This document shows, piece by piece, positions 1 to 12,600 of a stretch of DNA of 64,000 nucleotides (positions are counted from its first letter, which is position 1; each line of letters starts with the position of its first letter). The position numbers and the translations under genes were made by a program. The stretch lies in the IMG/VR virus record IMGVR_UViG_3300042868_005134, positions 310,001 to 374,000 of that record; one strand, written 5' to 3'. The notes under the pieces were generated by a model. The model did not search any database, was not told where the DNA came from, and was given only the letters and a program-made list of their open reading frames with translations.

Positions 1-2352
1 CTTGGCGCCTGGTATGTTGGCAAAGTTTCCGCCCCAGATGCTTTCTAATGGTCTGTATGTTCTTGACTCAACATTGCTGAAATCATCCCAGCCGTCGTTG
101 TTCCATAAACTGCCTGTGGGAGTATTAGTACCGTGCTCTTCATCTTCTAATGCGTTATACAGCCAACCTTGATCGTCTTTAGTGATGTGTAGTCCTTCAC
201 TGATCTCGTCAATTTCGTCACCGTAGTCGGTTCTAGTAAATGTTATCAACGGACCTGCGTATGGATCACCTATGATGTTGATATGTGACACCGCATTGTC
301 AAAAGTCTGAGCGGCTATGTTTGGTCCATAGATATTACCGCTGATTATTGCGCTGCCAGAGTCTGGACCGCTACCACTAGTACCAATAGTAGTACTTGAG
401 TTGCCGGTAACAAACAATCCAAATATACTGTCTCGGTAAACAAAACTATATGATGATCCTGTGCCAAATGCTGCTGCACCGTCGACTACAGTATTTCCAC
501 CGTTATAGGCAATCTCATTTAGGTATGAACTGTTAATATAGTTGCCGCTGTCGTACTCATCTTCGCCACCATCACTGATATTGTTGTTTCTCCATACTAC
601 TGGAGCAGTTCCTGAACTGGTACTGCCATATGCTTCGCCGAGGCCGCTAATGCTGTTAACTGTTATAGTAATGTTGTTGGCAGGTGTTGTACCACCAGTA
701 ATGTTGGCTCCCAGCAAGGTTATCACATCACCTACTACATAGTTAGTTCCGTAACTGCTTATGCCGACATAAGTTTCATATTTGTACACAACGGCCACGC
801 TAAATCCGCTACCTACATTATAGTTGGTGCCTGTGACTGGTCCGTAAGTAAAAAATTCAGTACCTGCGGCTACGCCTTCCACACTCCAGTTCAATATCCC
901 TTCTGAATCAACGCTGTTTACAGTTATGATACAGTCGTTAACACCGTCAACGCCACCTAATGCACTACCTAAAATCTTGATCTTGTGTCCTGGTAGATAG
1001 TTAATGCCACCACTTATCACACCAGAACCGTTGTAAGTGCCATCGCCTAAGTCTTGAATCTCAAATATCGCACCACTACCTTCTCTAACTGTAGTTGGGC
1101 CGCCATCGATTACGTTTATATTATTTTCAAAGAATTCAAAGTTAGTGGCTACGCCGCCCACTGCTGTGACTAGGTCTGCGTAGGCAGCGTCAAATGCTGC
1201 CTTCATTTGATCCACTGTGCGGAATTCGCCTTCTGTCCCTTCAAACAAGATCACAGTATCTATAACTTCTTCGGCAAATGCTGTAATGTCGCTAAGTGGT
1301 TTAGCCCCGTTGACATCGCCTATGATGACAAACATTGCCAGTATATCACTAGAGCCTACACCTGACACTTGGAAGAAATCATCGTTGCTGTCATCTGTGA
1401 TAGTGGTAGTTGTGGCCGCTGGTTTGTGTATGACTACTTTGGTAACATTTCGTGTGCTACTTTGACCGGTGTTAGTATGGAAACCACCGTAGGAAACTTG
1501 TAGTCCCTTGTAATCTGTGCCAGTCTCTGCTGGTACTGTGACTGTGGGCAATCCTTCGCCGCCACCCAATACCGAGTTACCTGCGCTGTCTTTAATATCG
1601 CCGCCTACCGGTAATGTTAAATCACCATCTGCGCCAAACGTCCAACCGTGAGCAGTAGGAGTAGGACCACTGTAGGTATATATTTGAATATCTTTGTCAA
1701 CAGCACCGTCTATGATAAATGCATCTGTTCCGTCAGCGGTGGCAATTGTGGTGCCTTGTGGGAATGTTAATGCACCACTGTTGTTAAATGTCCAAGTATG
1801 AGCATCTGTACTGTAGTTTGTGGCAATAGTAGCGCCATTGTTGTCAACCCACACCCACGAATCTTCATCCTTGCCTGCTGGGCTTGCTGGGCCTGCTGTG
1901 ATACCAGCATAGTTGCCTGCTATGGTTTTTAGTGTAGCACCGTTGATGATACTCTGATCTGGCAATACAACAACACCTGTGGTAGTTAGTTCTAGTCTAT
2001 AATGCTGTGTTGGCTGTGTGATATCGCTACTGAATAGTTTATTAGTAACAACTTTGTCGTCGTCTGTTAAACTAAATCCTTCACCAAAGTCTCCAATAGA
2101 TATTCCACCACCACCGGTTACAGTACTGGTTAAGGTGTTAGTTGTTGAATCGTATGCGAATGTAATCCCAGTATGATTGCCATTGACAAACAAGGGCGCA
2201 ACACGATCCTGGGTTATGTTTTCAAGTTCCGGACCAGTGTATATGGTAGAGTTAACCATCCACTTTTCACCGTCCCATATATAAACAGCCCCATTAGGTG
2301 CTGTGTATAACTCACCATTAGCTGGATCTGTTGGAAATGTAATTGCTGTCAT
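1..2352 (-). CDS. Tail fibre/virion structural protein, 3' end runs off the window
   Basis: ATG at 2352 (MTAITFPTDPANGELYTAPNGAVYIWDGEKW...); WxFxxxGxLT repeats like the adjacent fibre gene; absent from the ORF track because it is truncated. Confidence 0.75.
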   Translation of the reverse strand, partial: MTAITFPTDPANGELYTAPNGAVYIWDGEKWMVNSTIYTGPELENITQDRVAPLFVNGNHTGITFAYDSTTNTLTSTVTGGGGISIGDFGEGFSLTDDDKVVTNKLFSSDITQPTQHYRLELTTTGVVVLPDQSIINGATLKTIAGNYAGITAGPASPAGKDEDSWVWVDNNGATIATNYSTDAHTWTFNNSGALTFPQGTTIATADGTDAFIIDGAVDKDIQIYTYSGPTPTAHGWTFGADGDLTLPVGGDIKDSAGNSVLGGGEGLPTVTVPAETGTDYKGLQVSYGGFHTNTGQSSTRNVTKVVIHKPAATTTTITDDSNDDFFQVSGVGSSDILAMFVIIGDVNGAKPLSDITAFAEEVIDTVILFEGTEGEFRTVDQMKAAFDAAYADLVTAVGGVATNFEFFENNINVIDGGPTTVREGSGAIFEIQDLGDGTYNGSGVISGGINYLPGHKIKILGSALGGVDGVNDCIITVNSVDSEGILNWSVEGVAAGTEFFTYGPVTGTNYNVGSGFSVAVVYKYETYVGISSYGTNYVVGDVITLLGANITGGTTPANNITITVNSISGLGEAYGSTSSGTAPVVWRNNNISDGGEDEYDSGNYINSSYLNEIAYNGGNTVVDGAAAFGTGSSYSFVYRDSIFGLFVTGNSSTTIGTSGSGPDSGSAIISGNIYGPNIAAQTFDNAVSHINIIGDPYAGPLITFTRTDYGDEIDEISEGLHITKDDQGWLYNALEDEEHGTNTPTGSLWNNDGWDDFSNVESRTYRPLESIWGGNFANIPGAK

Positions 2353-2381
2353 AATATTTTATCCTATTCTTATATTTATTG

Positions 2382-5300
2382 TTACCAAGTACCTGCGCCG
2401 TGTGCCGTACGTTTCCAGATGTCTGTGGTGTCATTAACATAGTTTGCTGTACAATAATAGATGTACGTGGAATCAAATGCCAACATACCTGCTTGATCGC
2501 CGGCTGCTCCATAACTGTGTGCTGGGACTGCTACTTTCTGATAAGCTGTGGTCTGTACTGTGGCGTCTGGGAATGTAATCTGCCCACCTGATGCCAAAAT
2601 CAATCTATCAGCATTGATATATTGAAAATAATCAATTGAGTTTGTACTTCCGCCTGTGCCTGAAGATGATGCCAAAGTTGAGTTTGGTTTATCAAACACG
2701 CAGTTGAAAATTGAATAAAACCCTGATAAAGAAACTGGAGCAACGGCAGTTAATGCTGAAGTTAATATTTGGCAATTGGCTAAACTGACCACAGTTGAGG
2801 CACTAGATGTGACAGCGTTTGTGACAGCTGCAATTACTACGGCATCTACAACATTTAATGTTCCTGCAATTACCGATGGGGCAATACAAGACATACTATT
2901 TTTGATAATTACACTTGCACCAGCATTATTCACTGTTACAAAAGATGGATTACCATCATTAATAGTCACAAGTCCATTGCCTGTTATATTACAAGCGGTG
3001 CCAATGTCACAGTTGTGTATATCAGTAAAAGTGGCATTTCCACTTTTAGTTAATGTTCCACTTATATTACAATTAATAATATTAGGAACTCCAACACCTG
3101 TACCAGCAGTAATGGTAAGATTTTCAATTGTTAATCCTGTAATTGTACAGCCCACAGATGTACTGACTGTTCCAATAATCGCAGTATTCCCACCCAATGG
3201 TTCAAATGTGGTTAAGACTGTGTATTGAACTGTTATTGTTGGGCTTTCAGTATAGGTGCCTGGGTGAATAATAATTGTTCTACGTTGCCCACTTATCAAA
3301 GTCAACGCCTTGGTGATGGATGCTACTGGTTTAAGCAGGTCGCCATTACCACTGGTGTCGTTACCGTCAGTTTGACTAACGTGGATTTCATAGTCATATC
3401 CAGTAAAGATACCTGGGTAGGCTGTGCTTTGAACTGTGTTGTCGGGGAATGTTAAACCGCCCGTTGTGCCAAACTGCCATTGCTTACCAACTGCTGTGCC
3501 TGTAATAGTAGTAGTCAATATCCCTCCACCACCGTTTATTGTGGCAACCGTGATTTGTATATCATTGGCAGGTGTAGTACCACCAAGTTCATTGCCTGGA
3601 ATTTTGAACCAGTTGCCCGGGTTAAACCCATTACCAATACCAGTGACATCAACAGTATAAGTGCCGTTTTGATTGGCTGTCACTGTACAGGCAAAATATT
3701 GTGCGTTGGACGAAGGTGTAAACATTCGTGTGACATTTGCATTCAATGCTTCCCAATAGGCTTGATTAAATGTGTAAGTTGTTGTTGAATGGGTTGCTAT
3801 GTTTAATGCTGTTTCATTTGTAAGAATAGAACTATCTGCGGGCAATGTTAATGCACCATCTGTGCCAAATCTCCAGAGCTTAAAGCTCTCAACTGAGTTA
3901 GCAAAAATAGAAAACTCTCGCTCACTGGTTATTGCTAACCCAGTTGCATTTTCCCCAATCGTTCCATTTGAATCTCCTGGTAGTGTTAATGTACCATCCG
4001 TGCCAAATCCCCAAGTCTTATAGTCACCGTCCGCCTGCTGTTTTGCGCGAATAACAACATCGCCAGACATTGTAATGCTACTGAGGCCTGGATTAGTTAG
4101 ACGTATATTATTATGCCACGATTCAATCAGCTGTAGAAAGGGCAGTTGTATAATACCCTTTCTATGAGTTGGATTGCCGGTGCCCTCTTCGATGTTGTCA
4201 AATGCCCATACGACTGGATAATCTGGTTGGGCAGGATCATTGGCCCAAATCCCAACACCGGTAGTACCCTCTATATTGCCTTGAGATAATACTAAGTGTC
4301 CGTAATTATCAAGAGTCGCTGTGTGAACACCGTTGACTAAACTATTTACACTGCCAGTCCATGCCGTAGTTTGAACTGTGCTATCTGGGAATGTCAATGC
4401 ACCATCGTTGCTAAATGTCCAACGCTGTAGTGTAGGGCCAGCAGGATCAATGTCGATGTTGATGTTGCCCAGGCTCCTGATGTCACCTGGGATTCGTAAA
4501 CTTCCATCTCCGGCGAATTGCCAACTATGGCTCACATCTTGGTCATTGAGTAATCCTATGTTAAGTCCAGTAACGCCAGCATATATGCCAGCAGTCTGTA
4601 CATCTTCTCCAACAGGAAGTTGATTATTTCCCGCAGTCCACTCCACGACTAATTGATTCAGACCAGTGTGAACTATATAAAGACTACCGTTGGGACTGGT
4701 GTTAGTAATCTCGGCGTGACCGTTAGCACCACCAAATCTAAGGCCGACTGGAGTTGTCAAATTACCATCTGTGTCAAACGTCCACTCATTCTCATTGGCA
4801 AGTATACTGATGTTGCTACTTGTTCTTGTTGAATAATTTGGACTCTCAACTGAATATGGTGCTGATTCTAGAGGAAGGTTAGCATCAAATGTTAATTCTA
4901 AAATTGTGTTGCCTTCTACATATTCGGCGGCAAGTACTGTGTAGTAATCGGTTGTGCCGTCAGGATTAAATTGCCAGTCAACTAGGCCTGTGGCATCCAT
5001 AGCGTCTTTCAAACTTTGTGGAGTAGTATCCATCCAGAACCCAGCTGTCTTAGCGTTGATGTCTGCACGAATCCATCCTGGGATATCAGTGAGTCTAGTA
5101 CCAACTTCTGGAGTTGTTAGCGTTTGAATAACACCGCCCACTGGTAATGTTAATTCACCGGCGTCACCAAAAGTCCAGGCGTCGTCAATTATGCCAGCAC
5201 CAGGGGTTGTGGTTTTTATCAGTACCTTACTATTGTAGCCATCAATCTCAACGACTGCGGTTTTCCCACCTCCACCATCTACGTTTAGTTGTAGGTTGTC

Positions 5301-6620
5301 AAATCCCTTAATGGCTTTGTTGCCGGGAACAGATAAATCGCCAGCATTACTAAAATTCCAAGTATGCCCCGCTACTTGAATATCTAAGTAGATTGGTTCT
5401 AGTGCTGACCCTAATGCCAACCATGCAGTTCGTACTGATTGAGCAAGCGGTATCCATTCTGGTCGTATAGCAGGATCAGTAGATAATAGCAATGCATTGT
5501 AAGAGTTTGGTCCTGCTGGCCAGCCATCGCCTTCATAGCTGTCTGCCGCAAATGCCGCGTTCAACTGTTCTCTACTATTATCATAGGCGAGTTCTAAATC
5601 TTGTAACACACTGATGTCACCAACTGCTACAGTTGCCGAGTCTGGCAATGTTAGTTTACCATCTGTGCCAAACTTCCAAGTGTATTGGTCAATGCCGCTT
5701 AGTGTACGAACGAATACAGATTTGTTTGATGAGCCTAACACTATACCAGGATCAGTATTGTCATTTAAAGTTATAACACCATCTTGTAATACTATAGTTC
5801 CCGGAACTGTTAGCATACCTATTTCATCTAATACAAGTTCTGAAGTACCGTTAACTAATCTATCAGTAATGCCGGTAATGCTAACAGCACTGACCCACTG
5901 ATTGTTATAGTACACATACAGGTTGCCGTCATTCATGTTCCACCAGACGTTACCTTCTGTAAGTGGATTTGGCGCACTTAAAGAAAATTGTACTTGCGTT
6001 CCTGGATCGCCTTGCGGCCCTGGATCGCCATTAGTGCCATTAATTCCAGCTAGCCCTCTAGGTCCTTGCTCGCCTTGTGGTCCCGTTTCACCGTTTGTTC
6101 CATTCGTTCCGTTTGTGCCAGGATCGCCTTGATCACCCTTAATGCCACGTGGTCCTTGTGCGCCAACTTCACCTTGAATTCCTTGTGCTCCGTCAAGGCC
6201 GTTTGCACCAGCATCTCCTTGATCACCTTTTAATCCACGTGGTCCAACTTCTCCTTGCGCACCAGTTTCTCCCGTAAACCCGCGAGGTCCAATATCTCCT
6301 GTGTTGCCTTTGAGACCTCTGATTCCGGCTGGACCTTCTAGACCTTGTGGTCCAATTTCACCTTGCGGTCCTTGTACTCCTGCATTCGCACTGGTCCACA
6401 CACCTGAATAGTAAACATACAGATTACCATCGGTTGTATCCCACCACAAATCGCCTTCGCCTGGCGATACTGGCGGACTTGCTGATGTACTAACTACGCC
6501 AGTTGCAATTACACTACTGTAAAGTTCAGTAAAGTTGTCATTTACTTTGTCAAAAGCTGTACGCAACGGATCGCCATTGCCACTATCTGCTGTACCTAAA
6601 TTTATTGATTGTTGTGACAT
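2382..6620 (-). CDS. Tail fibre protein with collagen-like repeat
   Basis: 1412 aa; T4 gp9/gp10-like N-terminus (GNGDPLRTAFDKVNDNFTELY); Gly-X-Y run; many WxFxxxGxLT(L/F)P repeats. Confidence 0.8.
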   Translation of the reverse strand: MSQQSINLGTADSGNGDPLRTAFDKVNDNFTELYSSVIATGVVSTSASPPVSPGEGDLWWDTTDGNLYVYYSGVWTSANAGVQGPQGEIGPQGLEGPAGIRGLKGNTGDIGPRGFTGETGAQGEVGPRGLKGDQGDAGANGLDGAQGIQGEVGAQGPRGIKGDQGDPGTNGTNGTNGETGPQGEQGPRGLAGINGTNGDPGPQGDPGTQVQFSLSAPNPLTEGNVWWNMNDGNLYVYYNNQWVSAVSITGITDRLVNGTSELVLDEIGMLTVPGTIVLQDGVITLNDNTDPGIVLGSSNKSVFVRTLSGIDQYTWKFGTDGKLTLPDSATVAVGDISVLQDLELAYDNSREQLNAAFAADSYEGDGWPAGPNSYNALLLSTDPAIRPEWIPLAQSVRTAWLALGSALEPIYLDIQVAGHTWNFSNAGDLSVPGNKAIKGFDNLQLNVDGGGGKTAVVEIDGYNSKVLIKTTTPGAGIIDDAWTFGDAGELTLPVGGVIQTLTTPEVGTRLTDIPGWIRADINAKTAGFWMDTTPQSLKDAMDATGLVDWQFNPDGTTDYYTVLAAEYVEGNTILELTFDANLPLESAPYSVESPNYSTRTSSNISILANENEWTFDTDGNLTTPVGLRFGGANGHAEITNTSPNGSLYIVHTGLNQLVVEWTAGNNQLPVGEDVQTAGIYAGVTGLNIGLLNDQDVSHSWQFAGDGSLRIPGDIRSLGNINIDIDPAGPTLQRWTFSNDGALTFPDSTVQTTAWTGSVNSLVNGVHTATLDNYGHLVLSQGNIEGTTGVGIWANDPAQPDYPVVWAFDNIEEGTGNPTHRKGIIQLPFLQLIESWHNNIRLTNPGLSSITMSGDVVIRAKQQADGDYKTWGFGTDGTLTLPGDSNGTIGENATGLAITSEREFSIFANSVESFKLWRFGTDGALTLPADSSILTNETALNIATHSTTTYTFNQAYWEALNANVTRMFTPSSNAQYFACTVTANQNGTYTVDVTGIGNGFNPGNWFKIPGNELGGTTPANDIQITVATINGGGGILTTTITGTAVGKQWQFGTTGGLTFPDNTVQSTAYPGIFTGYDYEIHVSQTDGNDTSGNGDLLKPVASITKALTLISGQRRTIIIHPGTYTESPTITVQYTVLTTFEPLGGNTAIIGTVSTSVGCTITGLTIENLTITAGTGVGVPNIINCNISGTLTKSGNATFTDIHNCDIGTACNITGNGLVTINDGNPSFVTVNNAGASVIIKNSMSCIAPSVIAGTLNVVDAVVIAAVTNAVTSSASTVVSLANCQILTSALTAVAPVSLSGFYSIFNCVFDKPNSTLASSSGTGGSTNSIDYFQYINADRLILASGGQITFPDATVQTTAYQKVAVPAHSYGAAGDQAGMLAFDSTYIYYCTANYVNDTTDIWKRTAHGAGTW
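5995..6380 (-). repeat. Collagen-like (Gly-X-Y)n coding repeat
   Basis: GVQGPQGEIGPQGLEGPAG...GPQGDPGTQ, about 40 triplets. Confidence 0.9.
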
Positions 6621-6634
6621 TGTTATTTCCTATA

Positions 6635-9600
6635 TTAAGCGAATGTAGCATCTAAGTTATACCAGTCGCCACCTACCCCACTAGTTGCTCCCAGTCCGCA
6701 AATGAATTCCAATCCAGCACCGGGGACAATGGGAGCTGCACTAGGATCATCGGCAGCGCCGCCATTAATAGTAGCGCCGGCTTCTGGGTATATTGCCAGG
6801 TCGTTTAATCCATTATTTCTAATAAAGATTTTATATCCTGCCACAGCCACAGGCAATTGAACCTTGCCGCCCAGCGGGCATACAGTAATTATGTTAATAT
6901 CTTTTGAGATTAACGTACCAGTGCCAGTAGTGATAGCTGTCACTGAACTATTAACACTAAATTGAGCGTGCCCACTTATGCTTAAACTGGTCAACGTGCC
7001 CACACTGGTCAAACTAGAATTTATCACAGTACTTGCCAATGTAGTTCCAGTTAGTGAATTAGCATCCCCATCAGGAATTACAAGTTCATTCCATACCGGT
7101 GGAAACCCGGTACCTTGACTTTTTAGATACCTACCCGATGTTCCAGGCGCTAAGAATGTGGTGGCATCAACAGCACTTTGATAAGGAATATAACCAACTA
7201 ATCCGCCTGCCAAGTTAGTGGCTGTTGTTGCTGATGAAGCTGTGCCAGTTAAATTGCCTATAAATGTAGTAGCATATACCGTATTGAATTTGTTAGCACT
7301 GTTACCTAAATTACTTGTTGCATCTGTTTTAACTATACTACTTGCTGCCGCTGTTTGACTTACACTTTGTACACCCAAGTACACAACAGTATCTATATTT
7401 GAAACTGTGGGACTAGTTGGTTCCACTGTAAATGACAAGTCGTTAGCGGGTGTTGCGCCACCCAATAACAAACCTGACACAAACAACTGATCACCTTCAG
7501 CATAACCCTGCCCGCCGTATGTCACCGCAACACCAGAATATGATCCGCCACTGCGACCCACAGTTACTCTTGCTCCAACACCACTGCCTGAAATACCGCT
7601 TACTGGAATATCCAAGAAATCTCCAGAGCCGCTTATGGCAACACCTGCTATGGTAATAAAACTAGATGACGTTTTTAAACTGTTGACTCGACGAGTCATT
7701 ACAAAAGCACCGTCATCCACTGCGGTAAACAAACTGTTAATACCATTCTGAACAATGCCACTGGCTGAAACTTCTTGAACAGATGCCGCTGAGCCAGTCA
7801 AGTTTCCTAAAATAGTACCTGCTGCAACGTCTTGTATTTCTGCGTAGACAATGCCTTTGTCTTTAATAGTAACAGCACCAGCTGTAACACTAAAGTTGTC
7901 TGTGCTAAAACTTGCTTTACCTAACGCACTATCTGTTGCAGTATCTACATAGGCAGTCACGTTGGTTAAGGCAAGTTTAGTTTGCTCAATAGCAGCAATG
8001 GCACTAACGTCAGCATTAACTATTACACCTGGTTGTATTTGTAAATTAATACTGCTATTGTCTAATCCAATTACCGTAGCACCGGTCAAATGATCTGCTG
8101 CCACTGTCAAGAACTTGGCTCGTGTCACTCCATCGAAACGGTTTGACACAGGAGTTGTTCCTGAATATTGAAATACTTCACTGTCAATTTTTATAAAACC
8201 TGAAATTGGAAATCCAGTGATGTCCACTATGGTAATAGTACTGGCAGTACTTGCAAGCAGATAATCAGCAGTTATGGTAGACATATTTGAACTGGTAAAT
8301 GTTCCTCCGATGTCTCCACTTAAACTGGTACTAACTACATGCTTGCCAGCACCAGTAAACGCCATGATGTCTCCAGCACCGGGAGTCATTAGATTAACTT
8401 CTTTCAGTTCTGTCAATTGATCGAATGCTGCAACCTGTAAGTCCACATAGGCTTTTGAAGTAGCTTCATCGTTACTTATTGGTGTAAGCGATAGATTGAA
8501 AATTCTGTGGTTTGAGCCACCGCCGCCCATATCCAAATCAGCACTCAGTTGTGGGCTGTTGTACACTGATAAGAATCCACCAGTCAATGTTGGAATTCTA
8601 TCAGCTGCAGGCACAATGGCACCACCGTGTGTGTAGCCTAATCTCTTGTCAATATAACTTCTAATAGCACTTTCTACGGGTACCGTATCGTCGGCATTGT
8701 CAGTCATGGTAGAATCCGTTGAGAATTCTTTCACAACCGTACCACGTTTGAACCCAATACCGTCTAAGTTACTCAAGGCAATACTTGCCGCAAATGTAAC
8801 TGTTCCAGTTCCTTGGTCAACAGTAAAGAACTTACCAACACGGAAAATACCAAATTGATCTGTACTTACGTAGAATACACGACCTGAAGTTTCTTCTACA
8901 GCTTCGTTAGCTCTTATAGGAGTTTGCGTTGGAGCACCCAACAAGTTATTTGGATAATTGGTGGTATTAAAACCACCACTACCTATATCTAAGAAGTCAT
9001 GACCTGTGGCACGACATGTACTGATATTAACAGTAACTTCACCCGGAGAGCTTGCTTGTAAACTTGCTCTCAATGTAGTGCTTCTTGTTTCTGTGAATAC
9101 AGTTCGTATACCAGTGGCAGTTGGATCAGTGGTTGGATCTATAATAGTTCCAGCACCCCATGCCTTGGGACTGGATTGAATGGTTATGTGTGCGGGTATA
9201 GGACCAGCTGCAACTACATATCCTGTAACAACGTGCATTCTACCATCCCAACAGAATACCTTATCTCCAGCATTCAGTTTGGCCTTGGTTGAATCACTGG
9301 TTATTTCTACCACAGCAATCTTTACATCGCCCACTGCACTTCCGTAACCACCTGTTAACATGGTAGGATCAGTTTGAATAATTACATGATCGAAACTGTT
9401 ATCAAATGATAGGATAGCCTGATCACCATAACTGATACTGCCAACCGCAGTCGTTCCAGCTGACACAGCAGTACCACTATTTAAATAACTAAATTCAGTT
9501 GGACTAACATATGTCACTGACACTGATGTAGTTGTGTTGAATGAGGTATTAGCAAGTCCATCCACTGTGGTTATGGTAATATTCACACTTGTACCGCTAG

Positions 9601-12600
9601 TCAAGCCATGAGGTGTAGTTGTGGTAATAGTTGCCGTACTTACCACACGCTCGACATATTGTACAGTTCGAGTTGTTAGTAAACTTTCGCCAGTGGGATA
9701 AGACAATTGATATGAAAGTGTTCTGTAAACAGTTCCTTGTAAATCAGCATTTGTAAATTCCAATGCCGTGCTGGGTCGCACTGGTCTAACTCTTTCAACT
9801 CCAGTAAACCTAAAGTTTTGTAGTCCACGTATTGTAACAATTTGATTATTGTCTAATGGAGCATTTAGTCCTGAACCACTAGCAGTGTTTAAATTTAATT
9901 TTACGACTGTTCTAGCTTCTTTCGCGGTACCAGTTCCACTACCTATTCCTGTGGCAATAAATGTTACACCAATAGTGTTAGTTGCTGCGCCGCTGGCTGT
10001 AAAGTTTGGACTAGCGTCCAGCGTTAAAATAGTATATCGATAGCCGATAACAAATGAGCCGGGTGTAACGATTGCGCCACTCGGCCCAACACCTTCACCG
10101 TAGTCTGTGGTTGTTTCTATATTGCTTATTTCGTAACGATCAATGTTGCCCAAGAATGTTCCTGTAATAGTACATAGTGTACCTGCACTTGGAGACTCTG
10201 CAGCCGTTGCCATGGCAACACCCTTAACTGTGGGCCACACACCAGCAGGACTTACACTGTATAATCCACCATCGGATACTGAAACACTAGTAACACCACC
10301 ACCACCGTTGACAGTTTCAATTCTTAGTCTTGCTACAGTACCACCTGGATATAATGTACCTCCAACTATGGTAATAAAATCTCCTGCGGCGTACCCTGAT
10401 CCAGCTGCTGCTATGGTAACGTTGTTAGGTAACGTAGTGGTATTGGCAATAAGGCTAGACTTTTTATTACTGTGATCCACTTCGAGTTCACTGACATTAT
10501 AGATGGAAGGCTGAATAGTTAGTCCAGCGTAGGTATAAAAATCAATATAGACGCTTTCTTCATCTGCTAAATTCTTACTGGCAAACGAACCTTCGGAATA
10601 TACCCTAGCATTTTGTACCATGGTATCACCGAGTACAACTGGATCAGGTACTTCATTTGGATCCGAACCTGCAGCACGTAATCCGTATTCTCCGTTACAG
10701 CTAGAGCCGTTTAAACTTCGAATTTGTCCACCATTAAGCGCATAGTAACTGGTCCAGTTATAGTATGTGAATACGCTAACTGCTTCAGCAATTCCGTTAT
10801 TGGTACAAACAAGTCCATAACCCAAGTCATTAACCTGTGTAAAGTCATTGGACAACATACTTCTATTACCAGCAGTTTCTATTATAATGCTAACAGGCAC
10901 GGTGTAGGCTGGTGAATAAGGAGTGGCAATGTCAAGCAGTACTGTACAAGTGCCGGTGCTACGATTGTAGCTTTCAACAGCATTGATTTGATAACGAGCA
11001 CCGTTAATATAAAAACTGTTAGGAACTTGAGGTGCTCTTACAATGAGTCCGTCCAACAATAGTTCTGTAACAGAATTCTTTCCAATAATTCTTGCTGGTA
11101 AGTTACCATTAAATCCGTCGATAAACATGCCGCCGCGGAATGCTTTTTTATTAACACTGCCACTTAGACTTGTTAAGGTTTGGAAATAAGGCGATTTAGT
11201 CTGTATTTGACCTTCTGGATCAAGTACACACATGAATCCGCCGTGTCCTTGAGCAGTGATGTTTCTCAAAATTGTTCCGTCATTCAACATGAACACATCC
11301 ATGTCTTTGTTCTGCTTTGGAGGATTATTAACACCCACAATGGTATTGATAATACCATTAACAAGATCTGCCACCTGTATGTTAGCACCAACTTCACTAG
11401 TGCCTCCACTGGTATTTTGTGTGATGGGAGTGACTATTCCGCCAACTGTTCCTGATATATTTCGTTTACCAACTGTGGCTCCACTGCCTGCCGGCACACT
11501 AGGAGTCGCAATAGTAGTTTTTGGCAGTATCAATTGAACAAGTTCGTTGATGTAATTGATACCATCAAGCGTTTCTGTCAATTGAGTTGTTATGGCAATT
11601 AAAGCACTGGCGTTTCTTCTATAGGCCTGTGCTGCCGCAATGGTTCTAGTAGTTCCACCATTGGTGATATCGTATACCAATGCGTCAACAATGTAGCCAA
11701 CATCGCGGGCACACAATGTTTGATTGTAACTGGCGGCAAATGTCGTGCCATATTTGGCATTGATATACAGTACAGTCTCTACTTGTATAAAAGATTTGTT
11801 ATTGTTTAACAAACTGGCAGCGTTGGTCCTACCTGAAGATTTTAAAATACTGTCATCAAAGATGCCACTAACACCACTAGGGTCTGTTAGGTAATGATAT
11901 CCGAAGTTTGTGTTGGTAGGAGCAAGTCCAGAACTATTTAATCCTCGTACTGTGGCACCTAAAAGTGTGACACTTGGAGCATGACCAATTTCAAATTCGG
12001 TGGTGCTTATAATTCTTGTCACGGTAGTTGCTGGAGAAAATGATCCTGTTCCAGCAGTAACATACATGTACATTCCAGTTTCTAATCCTGTTGTACTAGA
12101 CACTGTAACTTTGTAATAGGCAGGACTTCCCACATACTCTGTATTTGCAGGAACAAAGCTACTGGCCGCACTGGCCGCAGAAGTATACGTTCTGGTCATA
12201 GCGTCGAAAGTACTGTCTCTATAAAAATACATTGCTGCCCATGGGCTGGTACTTACACCTGGAGCTGGTCTGATAATTACACGTCGGAATTCGTCGCCTT
12301 TGATAGACACGTTGGTAGGCACACGAATAGGCATCTGTTCGTAGTAAATACCACTTTCTACTCTGACGGTAATTTGTAATTCAGGAACAGGCTGACCAAA
12401 TTCTAGTGGTTCGTCATCTAAAAATTCTAATGCTGTGCCGTTGCCGCTTAGGCCGTATTGTACAATATTTGTAATACTGGCTACTAGTCTAGTTATCAAT
12501 GTTCCGGCAGCTGCTTCTCCTGCTGTGCCTAGGGTGTTTTGTGTACTGGGCACAGCTCTAAAACCAAAACCGGTCGAAGTAGTTGCGACAGGAATAACAG